From Thermodesulfobacteriota bacterium (lineage in GTDB: Bacteria; Desulfobacterota_D; UBA1144; Nemesobacterales; UBA2774): 64,000 bases of DNA. The notes under the pieces are model-generated. The model saw nothing but the letters and a program-made list of their open reading frames with translations. It did no database searches and was not told the origin of the DNA. A program made the position numbers and the translations under genes. Location of the stretch: the NCBI GenBank assembly GCA_965216785.1, contig OZ244197.1, positions 2,080,001-2,144,000 on the forward strand. Reading direction: 5' to 3'. Positions 38,562-48,277 of the stretch are shown one piece after another (the first letter of the stretch is position 1; every line of letters begins with the position of its first letter).

Positions 38562-40598
38562 CTATCTGTTTTGTCTTGTAATTCTCCTTACCAATATAAG
38601 AGCCGGTATTAATAGATATAGCGGTATAAACCCTGCTGGGCCTGCTCCGGCGGGGGCCAGGGAGCAGTTTCCGCTGCCGCCTCCGGATACGTCTAACTGG
38701 TTAGGGACGCCGTCATTGTCCGCGTCTTTTTCCTCAAGCGGGATGCCGCCTCTATTACCATCGAATATATCCAATAGACCGTCGTTATTTTCATCCAGAG
38801 TAGCATCGGGAAGACCGTCTCCGTCAGTTTCGAATCCGCCGTTTTCCTCAAAGTCCGTCCCGCCCTCGTTGTCTGAGTCCGTATCTACGAAGTCCTGAGT
38901 GCCGTCCCCGTCCGTGTCAGGAGACCTTAATTCAAGCCCTCCCTGATCTGGGTCCACGGCGTCGGCGAGACCGTCGCCGTCAGTATCGGTAGTGTCGTCC
39001 ACACGTCCGTCTCCGTCTTGATCGAGGTCTCCCGCTCTTGCTTCCACGATATCCGTGAGACCGTCGTTATCCGAGTCAAGATCGAACATGTTCGGCACAC
39101 CGTCCATGTCCGGGTCGTTAAGCGGCCCGGTCTCTCTGGTAGATGCCGTAACGCCGGAGAGTGTCTCGTTGTCGTTTGTTATGCCGTCACCGTCAGCGTC
39201 AGCATCGCCCTGGCTCTGGACGCCGTCGCCGTCAGAATCGTCGGGGCAGAAATTGACGGTATAGTTGGTTACAGATCCGGATTTGGCCTCACACATGAAT
39301 AGCTTTATCGCGTCGTCAAACGGGAACGCATATGACGTAGGGCTCGCTGTGTTGAACGGGTCTACTGCGGGCTCGGCGTTGGTGCCCCATAGTGAGTTGT
39401 TGCCCGCTATGCAAGCGCCCATGGAGCCACCGTTCGGATAACCGGGCGCCCACGACGGGCATCCGCAGCAGTTGGGGTCCGTAACCCCCGTAGTGAAACA
39501 AGAGCCTGCGTTAACACCCGTGCATCCCCAAAGGTCGCCTTTTGTGGTAGCGCTGTCCGAGCCGCTTGCCGGGACCGCGGTGTCGCAGTCGCCGCCCAGC
39601 ACGGCGCCGCCACTGTCTTCACAAAAACCTGAGTTCCCACAGTTAAAAGTATAGGGTGGTCCGCAGTCGCCGTCAGCGCTGCATGATTTCCTGCAGAATT
39701 TCTGGGGCGCGAAGCAGCCAACGTATGTAGACCCCTGGTTCTGATCGTTAGTTGCCTGGAGCTCGGATGAACAGCTGCTCTGTGAGACTGCCAATCCGCC
39801 GCTCGCCCAGGTTGAGTTTGCGAGAACCGACTGTGTTAATCCGACCGGGGCGCATCCCCCTGTGTCGGTACACCCGGGGCTCCCGCAGAAAAACGGGTTA
39901 ACACACTTATTGAGAGTAGGATCGCATTTCCATTTGTAGCCAAAGCCGAAAAGAGGGTAGCAGTCTGTGTCCTGTGAGCATGTAGAGGTAGATTTACCCG
40001 GCAGGTTGCCTGTGAATATGCAGTTGCCGTTACCCGTGCAATCATAGGTGGAAGAGTCTGGAATAATCTCGACGGATACGTTGCCGCCGTCTACCATGCT
40101 CACGTCGTAGCTGTCCTGACCGCTGGATACGACAGTGAGCTCTGCAAGGGTTGCGGGAGGCAAGCCCGTCTGCGTGCAGTCAAGGGCGAAAACTCCGCTG
40201 CCGTTAACACAGCCGCCTGTGTCGCAGCAGTTGGCGATCATATAATCATTGCCGTTTACTTTTACTGTCTGGTCGTCGCATACGTTTTTTGCGTTAAAGC
40301 TGCATCCTGTGCGAGCCCAGAACCTGCCGCTGGTCCAATTGAGAGGCACTAGTACCGTTGCCGACTGTCCCTGGGTCATCTCCCAGCCCCCGAGGGTCGT
40401 TACCGCCTGACCGCCTATGGTTACTGATTGAACCGTGGGGTTCGCGCCTACCCAGATCGTTTCCGAGCAGTTGTTATTAATGGTGATGGTGTGTGTACTT
40501 TGGGCGTGAACCTCGGCTCCGCCGGAGAAAAGCATGAGCGCCATGAATGAAGACAGGAACAGTAGTGAGCTCAGTCTGGTGATGTTTGTAAAGGTCAT
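38562..40598 (-). CDS. Thaumatin-domain surface protein with TSP3-like Ca-binding repeats and a Cys-type C-terminal sorting signal
   Basis: INNNCSETIW, SGRFWARTGC, PPATLAE, YDVSMVDG, SYAFPFDD, YTVNFCP; DxDxDG repeats; GGGSGNCSLA, TM helix, RR. Confidence 0.88.
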   Translation of the reverse strand: MTFTNITRLSSLLFLSSFMALMLFSGGAEVHAQSTHTITINNNCSETIWVGANPTVQSVTIGGQAVTTLGGWEMTQGQSATVLVPLNWTSGRFWARTGCSFNAKNVCDDQTVKVNGNDYMIANCCDTGGCVNGSGVFALDCTQTGLPPATLAELTVVSSGQDSYDVSMVDGGNVSVEIIPDSSTYDCTGNGNCIFTGNLPGKSTSTCSQDTDCYPLFGFGYKWKCDPTLNKCVNPFFCGSPGCTDTGGCAPVGLTQSVLANSTWASGGLAVSQSSCSSELQATNDQNQGSTYVGCFAPQKFCRKSCSADGDCGPPYTFNCGNSGFCEDSGGAVLGGDCDTAVPASGSDSATTKGDLWGCTGVNAGSCFTTGVTDPNCCGCPSWAPGYPNGGSMGACIAGNNSLWGTNAEPAVDPFNTASPTSYAFPFDDAIKLFMCEAKSGSVTNYTVNFCPDDSDGDGVQSQGDADADGDGITNDNETLSGVTASTRETGPLNDPDMDGVPNMFDLDSDNDGLTDIVEARAGDLDQDGDGRVDDTTDTDGDGLADAVDPDQGGLELRSPDTDGDGTQDFVDTDSDNEGGTDFEENGGFETDGDGLPDATLDENNDGLLDIFDGNRGGIPLEEKDADNDGVPNQLDVSGGGSGNCSLAPAGAGPAGFIPLYLLIPALILVRRITRQNR

Positions 40599-40788
40599 TA
40601 ACCCCCTCCTTATATGTTGTACTAGTTCATTATATTATAACCCCATATTTATTTATAGTACGTAAGAAGAGGGGGGAGTGGATTAACGGAGATTGCTTCG
40701 CTATGCTCGCAATGACAATATAGGCAAAAAGCCCGGGGGTGGTCAGCCGCCGGGCTTTTTGGGATGGAGGATGGATATATGGCTGTAT

Positions 40789-41064
40789 TTATATTAAATC
40801 TTCAAAATCAATGGGGACGCCGAGAGCGTAAAAATAGTCGCGGTCGTCCTGTGAGCGGACCTGGTCTAAGTAGCCGGGTTTACTCGTTTTCTGAACGGTG
40901 AATGTATCCAGAAAGTCTAGAGCTACATAGCCCCCGTTAATGTCCTCGGTGACTTGTGTTTTCTCAAGAGGCATATCTACCCCGAATACGCTGTCTTCCG
41001 CGTGTGAAGTGAAGTGAAAGCTAAGTACCGCTGCCAGTGCTGCTGATATAAGTAATGTTTTCAT
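40789..41064 (-). CDS. Small secreted protein family X, paralog 3 (divergent)
   Basis: GGAGG RBS, signal, VFGVDMPLEK..V...INGGYVA...DTF.VQK. Confidence 0.82.
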   Translation of the reverse strand: MKTLLISAALAAVLSFHFTSHAEDSVFGVDMPLEKTQVTEDINGGYVALDFLDTFTVQKTSKPGYLDQVRSQDDRDYFYALGVPIDFEDLI

Positions 41065-41097
41065 AATGCTGCCTCCCGAATTTCGTTTACGTAATAT

Positions 41098-41124
41098 TAG
41101 TTGTTATTGCAACGAAAAGGATTC
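41098..41124 (-). promoter_or_regulatory. Degenerate operator GTTGTT-AT-TGCAAC with GAATCC element
   Basis: 41100-41113; GGATTC 41119-41124. Confidence 0.65.
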
Positions 41125-41188
41125 GGGGATTTTTTTGGTTTACCTTAAGAAGAGAGTGTTATAGTGCTAGAATGGCTTAGTAATTTAT

Positions 41189-41372
41189 TTCTTCTTTTGT
41201 ATGATCACACACGAAGTGTGAATTACTAAAAGATTACAAAAATCACCGCCTTTACATAAATGACGCTAAAATGAATGTAGTTGTATGATCCTTATAATTC
41301 TGCCCACACCCCGTATAAGGTTTTTCACGCCATTCTAATTAACTTTCTTTACGCTATTTATGTATGTCGGAA
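41189..41372. repeat. Dispersed structured repeat family A, copy 3 (with small internal hairpin insertion)
   Basis: Colinear with the other copies; extra CACACGAAGTGTG in the first hairpin. Confidence 0.85.
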
Positions 41373-41464
41373 ACTATTCACTCTTCGATAGGCTCAGAGT
41401 GATTGGGGTTTATTAGTGCCAAGTTTGTCGGAGATTGCTTCGCTATGCTCGCAATGACTGCAAT

Positions 41465-41788
41465 TCAGTGTTTTATGACCGAGTCGTCCGGGATGGAGTG
41501 GGGAGATTCTTCCTCGGTCTGGGTGATTTCGATCTCGCCTTTTTCTCTTTCTATAAGCTCGAAGTTCCTGCCGAAGAACCTGTCGGCGAAATATAGTATC
41601 TCCTCTTCCGTCGCGTTGATAATGATCTTCGCCAGCGTTTCGGTCTCTCCGATCTCAAGGGGCTTGATGACGTAGGGGTTCTTTTTGTCCGGGAATACTC
41701 TTGTGATGTAGGAATTGAGCTTTCTCGTGTATTCGAGAAGCTCATCCTTTGGGACTGATATCACGAAGAAATAGTCTTTGGTTTCCAT
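41465..41788 (-). CDS. Hypothetical protein
   Basis: 107-aa ORF with natural composition and GGGGTG RBS. Confidence 0.6.
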   Translation of the reverse strand: METKDYFFVISVPKDELLEYTRKLNSYITRVFPDKKNPYVIKPLEIGETETLAKIIINATEEEILYFADRFFGRNFELIEREKGEIEITQTEEESPHSIPDDSVIKH

Positions 41789-41928
41789 ATAAACACCCCT
41801 ATATATGATTATACGGAATCCTATGCTATATCAAGAGCTTTTAGCTCGTACAAGAAAAAATTGGAATTATAAAGCCCCTTAGTTAGCTTATACATACTTT
41901 TCTTATGAAGGAGCGAGTATAACGGCTG

Positions 41929-42399
41929 ATGACCAAGCGTGAAGACATAGAGAGAGAATGGCTGGCGCAGCGGGAGAAATGGGGGCTCGAAGACTGGGAG
42001 CTTAAGCTTTCGTACCAGAGGCGTCACCTGGGATACTGCAGGCCCATGAGGAAAACCATATCCGTGTCTTTACGATATATGGAGAGAAACCCCTTTCACA
42101 TAATGAAGGACACGCTGCTGCACGAGATCGCGCACGCGGTGCATTTTCTCGAGACAGGGAAGACGGGCCACGATAACGGATGGAAAGAGGTGGCAACGAG
42201 GGTAGGGTGCGCTCCGCAGAGGTGCGCTTCAGTCAAAGGGCTGATAGTGCCCGAAGGCAAGTACACAGGGGAGTGCCGCTCCTGCGGCAAAACGGTACAG
42301 TTCTATAGAAAAGTCAAAAGGACCTATTCGTGCAGCTCATGCAGCCCGAGGCGCTACGACCCGAAATATAAGCTTCACATTACAGCAAATAACGTTTAG
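41929..42399 (+). CDS. SprT-like zinc metalloprotease domain protein
   Basis: DTLLHEIAHA, GHD..WK, C-terminal CxxC..CxxC. Confidence 0.9.
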   Translation: MTKREDIEREWLAQREKWGLEDWELKLSYQRRHLGYCRPMRKTISVSLRYMERNPFHIMKDTLLHEIAHAVHFLETGKTGHDNGWKEVATRVGCAPQRCASVKGLIVPEGKYTGECRSCGKTVQFYRKVKRTYSCSSCSPRRYDPKYKLHITANNV

Positions 42400-42539
42400 C
42401 GTACTTTCCTTTGGGTAATACACACAAAAACTAACCGGCAATAATCGCAATGGTGGTTAGATATGCTAACTAACTTGCTATAATAAATATAGACGGTTAT
42501 AATAAATCCTGCTAAACCATTTCTACAACGGAGTCTCGA

Positions 42540-43145
42540 TTGGCTGAGCGCGGGCCTAAATTTATATTTGAAGGCAACGACGTTTGCCTCGATTTTATAA
42601 ATACCAAGGGAAGAAGTATTGACCTATTGGGGAATTGCGGTGATCTGGCGGATTGGCTGGCCGAAGCGGGCTGTATTGACCCCGGAACGGCGGAGCGGAT
42701 ACTTTCGGTAACTGATAGTGAAGGCGTTGAGATGCTAGAGAAGGTCAGGGAATTCCGTAGTAAGCTAAAGGATGTGGTTCGGGTGATTTCAGAGGGGAAG
42801 CCTTTGCGTCGATCGCTCATCGAGCCAGTCAACGAGATACTGAAGAAAGATAGTGCCTATTCGAACCTGATTCTGATTGACGGGAAACCAAGACTGATCT
42901 CTCATTGCTCATCCGCGATATTAGATCCCCGGCTGCCCATAGCGCAAGCCGCGGCTGAGCTGCTGACAAATAAAGACCACTCGCTTATAAGGAAATGCTC
43001 TAATCCTGAATGTGTTTTATATTTTTATGATGAGAGTAAGAACCACGCCCGCAGGTGGTGCAGTATGCAAAGGTGTGGCAACCGAATGAAAGCGGCCCTT
43101 CATTACAGGAGGAATAAGAGCGGGGGTTCGGCAGGCCCGGTATGA
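42540..43145 (+). CDS. ABATE / CGNR zinc-finger protein
   Basis: CLDFINT, C..P.C..YF.D.SKN..RRWCSM..CGNRMK. Confidence 0.95.
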   Translation: MAERGPKFIFEGNDVCLDFINTKGRSIDLLGNCGDLADWLAEAGCIDPGTAERILSVTDSEGVEMLEKVREFRSKLKDVVRVISEGKPLRRSLIEPVNEILKKDSAYSNLILIDGKPRLISHCSSAILDPRLPIAQAAAELLTNKDHSLIRKCSNPECVLYFYDESKNHARRWCSMQRCGNRMKAALHYRRNKSGGSAGPV

Positions 43146-43171
43146 ATCTTAAGCTTGGTTTTAACGCTGGC

Positions 43172-44050
43172 TTATGAAATCATTTCAAGCCACTCAGAGA
43201 CGGCGCGGCCAATCTCTTCCGGGCAGTCTTCCTGAATGAAGTGAATGCCAGCAACGGAGACTTCTTTTTGATTTTTCCAGGTGCGTACATAGTCTTTGAG
43301 CTCGCCCCTGAGGAGCGCTCCGGGTTTTGCCTCGATGAAGAGCTTTGGAAGATCGTTTACCGCCATCCAGTCGCTGTACTCCTTTACAATTAAAGCAACA
43401 TCCGCGGGCACACCGTCAAATGGTATCTCGCGCGGCCAGGTGAGAGTGGGGCGGCGGTCCTCTCCGGGAGTCTGGTAAGGGCGGCGGTATACCGCCATTT
43501 CATTATCTGTGAGCTTGCGCATGATGGCCCCCGGCAGTATGTTCTCAATAAAAAAATTATTCTTAAGTATGATCTCTTCGCCCGCGGGGGACCTGAATGC
43601 TTCGAATATGGGGCGCACTTCCTGGGGGAATTGTGACCAGTCCAGCGGCAGAACGAACGCTTCCATATAGGCAATGCCGCGGACCTTGTCCGGACTGCGC
43701 CTGGCCCAGTCAAACCCGAGCGCCGAGCCCCAGTCGTGGATGACGAGAGTGACATTTCTCTCGACCCCCAATGAATCTAGGAAGCCGTCAAGATATTCTC
43801 TGTGCTCCACCAGCCGGTAGCTACCGGGACCGGGATTGTCGAGCTTGTCGGAATCGCCCATGCCAATGAGGTCCGGGGCGATACACCTGCCCTGAGCGCT
43901 TAGGAGCGGCATTACGTTGCGCCAAAGGTATGATGATGTCGGGTTACCGTGCAGAAATACTATAGGGTCTCCTTCCCCCATCTCCACATAGGCCATGGCT
44001 TTCCCTTTGACCTGAACCTTTTTCTTGGGGTGCTCTGTTTCTGAAATCAT
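43172..44050 (-). CDS. Haloalkane dehalogenase
   Basis: HGNPTSSYLWRN, APDLIGMG.SDK, HDWGSALGF, WPREIP, HFIQED. Confidence 0.95.
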   Translation of the reverse strand: MISETEHPKKKVQVKGKAMAYVEMGEGDPIVFLHGNPTSSYLWRNVMPLLSAQGRCIAPDLIGMGDSDKLDNPGPGSYRLVEHREYLDGFLDSLGVERNVTLVIHDWGSALGFDWARRSPDKVRGIAYMEAFVLPLDWSQFPQEVRPIFEAFRSPAGEEIILKNNFFIENILPGAIMRKLTDNEMAVYRRPYQTPGEDRRPTLTWPREIPFDGVPADVALIVKEYSDWMAVNDLPKLFIEAKPGALLRGELKDYVRTWKNQKEVSVAGIHFIQEDCPEEIGRAVSEWLEMIS

Positions 44051-44302
44051 AGTGCTTTTTGCCTCCAGACTGCCTCTCTTTGTGTTTATTGCTGAGATTA
44101 GCCTATAACACGGCGCATATCAATCATAAAATAAGCGACTTAAAGCGGGTTGTTCTGTTAGTATAGATGTTTAATACTAAGTGGGCGATGTAAATTATAT
44201 ACCTTATATTGTGCCCTATATTATTGACTTAAGGCTCTTAAAAGAGTAAAAATTTTATATGGATTCTCTTTTTATAGGTGGTTTTTAGACAGGCCCGGGC
44301 TA

Positions 44303-45097
44303 ATGTATAAAGAACTGAAAAAGAAAGTGCACCAGATTCTCGAGCCGCGTGATAAGGCTCCTTTGGCATCACAGATATTCGTCATATTCATTATGGCTTT
44401 GATTGTGCTCAATGTTATCGCGATTATTCTTGACACCGTCGAGAGCTTTCATTCCGTATACGGTCGTTTTTTCAGAGTGTTTAACTTTTTCTCGGTCATG
44501 GTATTTACGGTCGAGTATTTGCTTCGCGTATGGTCTTGTACCGAGGAAAAAAAGTACAGTAACCCCATTTGGGGGAGACTCCTTTTTATTGTCACCCCGC
44601 TCGCGCTGATTGACCTGATTGCGATACTGCCGTTTTACATACCGATGGTAACCAACGTTGACCTCAGGTTCTTAAGGGCGCTCCGCCTGTTCAGGATATT
44701 CAAGATGACCAGGTATTCCTCGAGGTTCAAGGTATTTATGGACGTCCTGAGGGATAAGAGGGAGGAGATATTAATATCTCTTATGCTCGTGATAGTACTT
44801 CTTATTATCTCGGCGAGCCTTATGTATTACGCGGAAAATAAAGTACAGCCTGAGGAGTTTTCGAACATACCAGAGGCCATGTGGTGGGCTGTGGTCACGC
44901 TTACCACCGTTGGGTACGGTGAAGTGATACCCGCTACCTCATTCGGAAGGGTGCTTGCGGGATGTGTGGCTGTGCTTGGAATATCTCTCTTCGCTATCCC
45001 CGCAGGTATTATCGCTTCAGGGTTTGTAGAGCAGTTTCAGAAAAGGCACAGGAAAAAAGCGGATTACTGCCCGCACTGCGGTAAGCCGATTGAGTAG
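44303..45097 (+). CDS. Voltage-gated potassium channel family ion transporter
   Basis: S4 LRFLRALRLFRIFK, pore TLTTVGYG, C-terminal CPHCG. Confidence 0.93.
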   Translation: MYKELKKKVHQILEPRDKAPLASQIFVIFIMALIVLNVIAIILDTVESFHSVYGRFFRVFNFFSVMVFTVEYLLRVWSCTEEKKYSNPIWGRLLFIVTPLALIDLIAILPFYIPMVTNVDLRFLRALRLFRIFKMTRYSSRFKVFMDVLRDKREEILISLMLVIVLLIISASLMYYAENKVQPEEFSNIPEAMWWAVVTLTTVGYGEVIPATSFGRVLAGCVAVLGISLFAIPAGIIASGFVEQFQKRHRKKADYCPHCGKPIE

Positions 45098-45101
45098 ATA
45101 T

Positions 45102-45126
45102 AAAAAAGGGAGCCGAAGCTCCCTTT
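45102..45126. terminator. Intrinsic terminator, same sequence as 46364-46389
   Basis: AAAAAAGGGAGCCGAAGCTCCCTTT. Confidence 0.8.
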
Positions 45127-45163
45127 GATGTATTTGATTTGTACTGTTTAAGTTAGTCTCTGG

Positions 45164-46222
45164 TTAAGCCGTTACCTTTCTTCTTCGGAGAGCTAGTAAT
45201 CCGATTATTCCCAGCACACCTGCCATGGCTATCAGTCCCCATTCCGAGAGGGTAGGTATGGGGTTAGGCTGGAGAAGCTCCAGTGCCAGTCCGTAGGGGT
45301 TGGTCAAGTTGGACAGCTCAACCCGCACATCAGAGCCGTCGAACCTGGCGCTTCGGATCTCCCCGCGCCCGTAATCGGTCCACCAGATTCGCTGACTGAT
45401 CGGGTCGATTTCGATGTCCCAGTAACCGGTGCTGGGATCGTTTATGAGCTGTGTCTCAACGTTGTTCACAATGTCATAGGAGAAGAGCGCCCCCCCTGTT
45501 CCAGGCGACCGGAAATCGTGTGAGGTTAAGAAGATTGTCTGGGTAACCGGATCGAGCGCGTAGCCCCGACCTCGCCCGTCGACGTGGGGTGTCAGCTGAG
45601 TTTGCGCCACCCCGGCGGTGGTCATCCTGTTCACTGACCCGTCCGGGGGAGTTGACATGACGCCGACGTCGCCCCAGTAGATTAAGTTATTTACTAAGTC
45701 GACTGCAATACCCGAGTAAAACCATCCCGGCCCGACGCCATTTCCTGAGAGAAAGATCGTGTAGTTACCGCCGGTATAATCCACGACGGAAACCTCGCGG
45801 CCATCGTAGCTTACCGCCCTTGTGAAGTAGATGAGTTGATTGGCCTGATCCAACGCTAGCTGGTGCACCGCGTCCCCCGTATTAAATACGGTCGCAAGAC
45901 CGGTCCCGTCACTGTTAACCTGATTTATCGAGCCACCACCCCCAACGCGAATGGGCCCCCAGTCGGCGAAATACAGAATGCCCGTGTTAGTGTCAAGATC
46001 GACGTCCTGGAGACGTGAAAAGTTTTGCGCCAGAACCTGGGTCGCACCGTTGCGCAGATTGGTTACCGAAAGCGTAGCGTTGTCCCGGTCGGTCCAGAAG
46101 ACCCTCTTTACGGCTGCCGTTGCACTCTGGGTCGCCAGCAAGGTTCCCGCAAGCACAGCGATAACAACTAGCAGTTTACAGATAACCTTATAACCAGGTA
46201 TTTTGCTCAGCTTATTTGCCAT
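45164..46222 (-). CDS. IPTL-CTERM surface protein with YWTD/LDLR-B-like beta-propeller
   Basis: FWTD, YFADW, YWGD, WWTD repeats; IPTLSEWG tail. Confidence 0.85.
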   Translation of the reverse strand: MANKLSKIPGYKVICKLLVVIAVLAGTLLATQSATAAVKRVFWTDRDNATLSVTNLRNGATQVLAQNFSRLQDVDLDTNTGILYFADWGPIRVGGGGSINQVNSDGTGLATVFNTGDAVHQLALDQANQLIYFTRAVSYDGREVSVVDYTGGNYTIFLSGNGVGPGWFYSGIAVDLVNNLIYWGDVGVMSTPPDGSVNRMTTAGVAQTQLTPHVDGRGRGYALDPVTQTIFLTSHDFRSPGTGGALFSYDIVNNVETQLINDPSTGYWDIEIDPISQRIWWTDYGRGEIRSARFDGSDVRVELSNLTNPYGLALELLQPNPIPTLSEWGLIAMAGVLGIIGLLALRRRKVTA

Positions 46223-46412
46223 CTGCTCTGTCCTCCTAAATAAGAAATTGTGGGTCTTATTATACTATAAGTAGAAAGAAACTAATAGTTGTACGCTATT
46301 GTTGTCCTGTACCCCTTTTGTCAAGCTCGGGTTAAGTTGGAGTTATTAATAGTAAATCCAAGCAAAAAAGGGAGCCGAAGCTCCCTTTTAGGTTATTTTT
46401 AATGCTTGTAAG

Positions 46413-47477
46413 CTATGCGAATATCTTTTTTCTGCGAGCCGCTAAAATACCCGCTATTCCTAAAATTCCAGCCATGGTTAAGAGCCCCCATTCTGACAGC
46501 GTTGGGATGGGGCGTGTAACTCTAACAGGTTGTAGGTCACATACGAAAAGTTCAAACTCGTTCCATTCATAAAGCAAGTTATTAATAGTGATTGAACCTT
46601 CTTCCGGATCCATGGCAAATATCTGAGAACATAGAAAGCCAGCCGCTTCCTCCGGCACGTCCATTTCGAATACCAGGGTATCATAGCCGTCCCCGCCGGA
46701 AATAATGCCCAGTATTTCAGCCCCTGTGCCAACTTTGACTGTGTCATTATCATCATGGGCATTGATAGCCTCTCTATTAGCCGCGTTTCTTCCATCAATG
46801 GTCGCATTACTTATAGATATAAGGTCATCATCTTCGTCAGTACGAATAGGCTGATCGATAGGTTCTGTTTGAGTAATTCTGCCGCCGGTTATGATTATAG
46901 TTTCATTACCTTCGTTTGTTTGAAGGCCGCCATCATCACATGTAAGCTCACCGCCGTTTATATATATCTCATCACTCCCATCCCTAGTATTTATACATTC
47001 GTCACTAGCTGTAATTATTCCATCGTCAATTGTAATCTTTGCTGCTCCCGGGTTAGAGTTTCTGACGCCGTGCTCGCACAGTAAGCTGCCTTTTACCATA
47101 TGGAACTCATCATTGCCGGACCCGAGCTCTATACAATCGGTGCCCGGATCGTTTCCGGATACAGTGCCTCCATTCATTTGAACCTTGTCGTCACCGTCGC
47201 GAGTATGTACAACTTCATCTCCTCCGGCTGAAATGTCCGAGCCGTCCTGAATAGTTACGTCATCAGCCAGGTCGGTTGTCTCAAGCCCATTGTTGTCGGT
47301 CCCGCTGCAACTCACTATCTCACCGCCAGAGGGTGTCATGCCTGTCACAACGCACTGGGCATATGCAGATTGACCGACAAGAAAAAATGATATTGAAAGA
47401 ATAATTGCTACTGCAAAAAGGTTAGATGTTTTAGGGTAAGACAATAGTACTCTAAAAAGAGTATTTATAGATTTCAT
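46413..47477 (-). CDS. IPTL-CTERM surface protein with RTX/beta-helix-like acidic repeats
   Basis: G.D.I.I.GG repeats; IPTLSEWG tail. Confidence 0.82.
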   Translation of the reverse strand: MKSINTLFRVLLSYPKTSNLFAVAIILSISFFLVGQSAYAQCVVTGMTPSGGEIVSCSGTDNNGLETTDLADDVTIQDGSDISAGGDEVVHTRDGDDKVQMNGGTVSGNDPGTDCIELGSGNDEFHMVKGSLLCEHGVRNSNPGAAKITIDDGIITASDECINTRDGSDEIYINGGELTCDDGGLQTNEGNETIIITGGRITQTEPIDQPIRTDEDDDLISISNATIDGRNAANREAINAHDDNDTVKVGTGAEILGIISGGDGYDTLVFEMDVPEEAAGFLCSQIFAMDPEEGSITINNLLYEWNEFELFVCDLQPVRVTRPIPTLSEWGLLTMAGILGIAGILAARRKKIFA

Positions 47478-47761
47478 CTGTGCTATCCTCCTTAAGGAAT
47501 GAATGCTTAACAAAATCTTACTATACATTAATCATTATTAATAGGGATTAGAGGAATTTCAAGTATATATAGTTCACCCTTATGACAGGCTCAGGGTGAG
47601 CGGGTTAAAATAACGCAAAGATTGTTTGAGGTTGCTTCGCTTTGCTCGCAATGACGGTAATAAAAAGCTCAAAAGCCGGGCAGGTGTTAACCGCTCGGCT
47701 TTTGAGTTAGAGGAGGATGGATGATTGGCGTATTTATTTACTTTCAACGCGCTCTCACTCA

Positions 47762-48037
47762 TTAAGACTGAGGAGCCGAGTTGTTAAGCTTCTGCACGAC
47801 AAAAGAGTCAGCAGCGCTTGATGCCACGTGTCCGCCCTTACTGTCTTTATCTGAGCTAAGGGTCTGGATTACAAGCGTGTCGCTTGCTCCGGTGGCTACG
47901 TAGCCGCCTCTGATATTGTCGCTAACTTCGTTTGATTCTACCGGAACACTTACACCAAAAGCGTTAATCTCTGCCTGTGAAGCAACCGGAAAACTAAGAC
48001 CTACTGCTAAGATTGATGCTAAAAGTAACTTTGTCAT
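47762..48037 (-). CDS. Small secreted protein family X, paralog 4
   Basis: Near-identical to 35924-36199. Confidence 0.85.
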   Translation of the reverse strand: MTKLLLASILAVGLSFPVASQAEINAFGVSVPVESNEVSDNIRGGYVATGASDTLVIQTLSSDKDSKGGHVASSAADSFVVQKLNNSAPQS

Positions 48038-48068
48038 TTTACTGCCTCCTTAACTGTGTTTGTCTAGT

Positions 48069-48096
48069 TAGTTGCAACTGCAACGAGAAAGGATTC
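48069..48096 (-). promoter_or_regulatory. GTTGCA-N2-TGCAAC operator with GAATCC element
   Basis: GTTGCAACTGCAAC 48071-48084; GGATTC 48091-48096. Confidence 0.8.
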
Positions 48097-48277
48097 AAAA
48101 ATTGTACGGGGATTTTGGAAATAATGGCTAATAATGTTGTAAGTGCCTCTAAATACAGAGGTATTATTTTTTTGGGGAAAGAAAAAAGATTTGGATTCCC
48201 GATTAAGACTTTCGGGAATGACCATATTATCTCCCCCACCTCAATCCTCCCCCGTCAAGGGGGAGGAAGCTAGTGTA

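Noticed and set aside
38700-39245. Nucleotide-level repeats such as CCGTCGCCGTC
   Set aside because: Explained by DxDxDG coding repeats in the thaumatin protein
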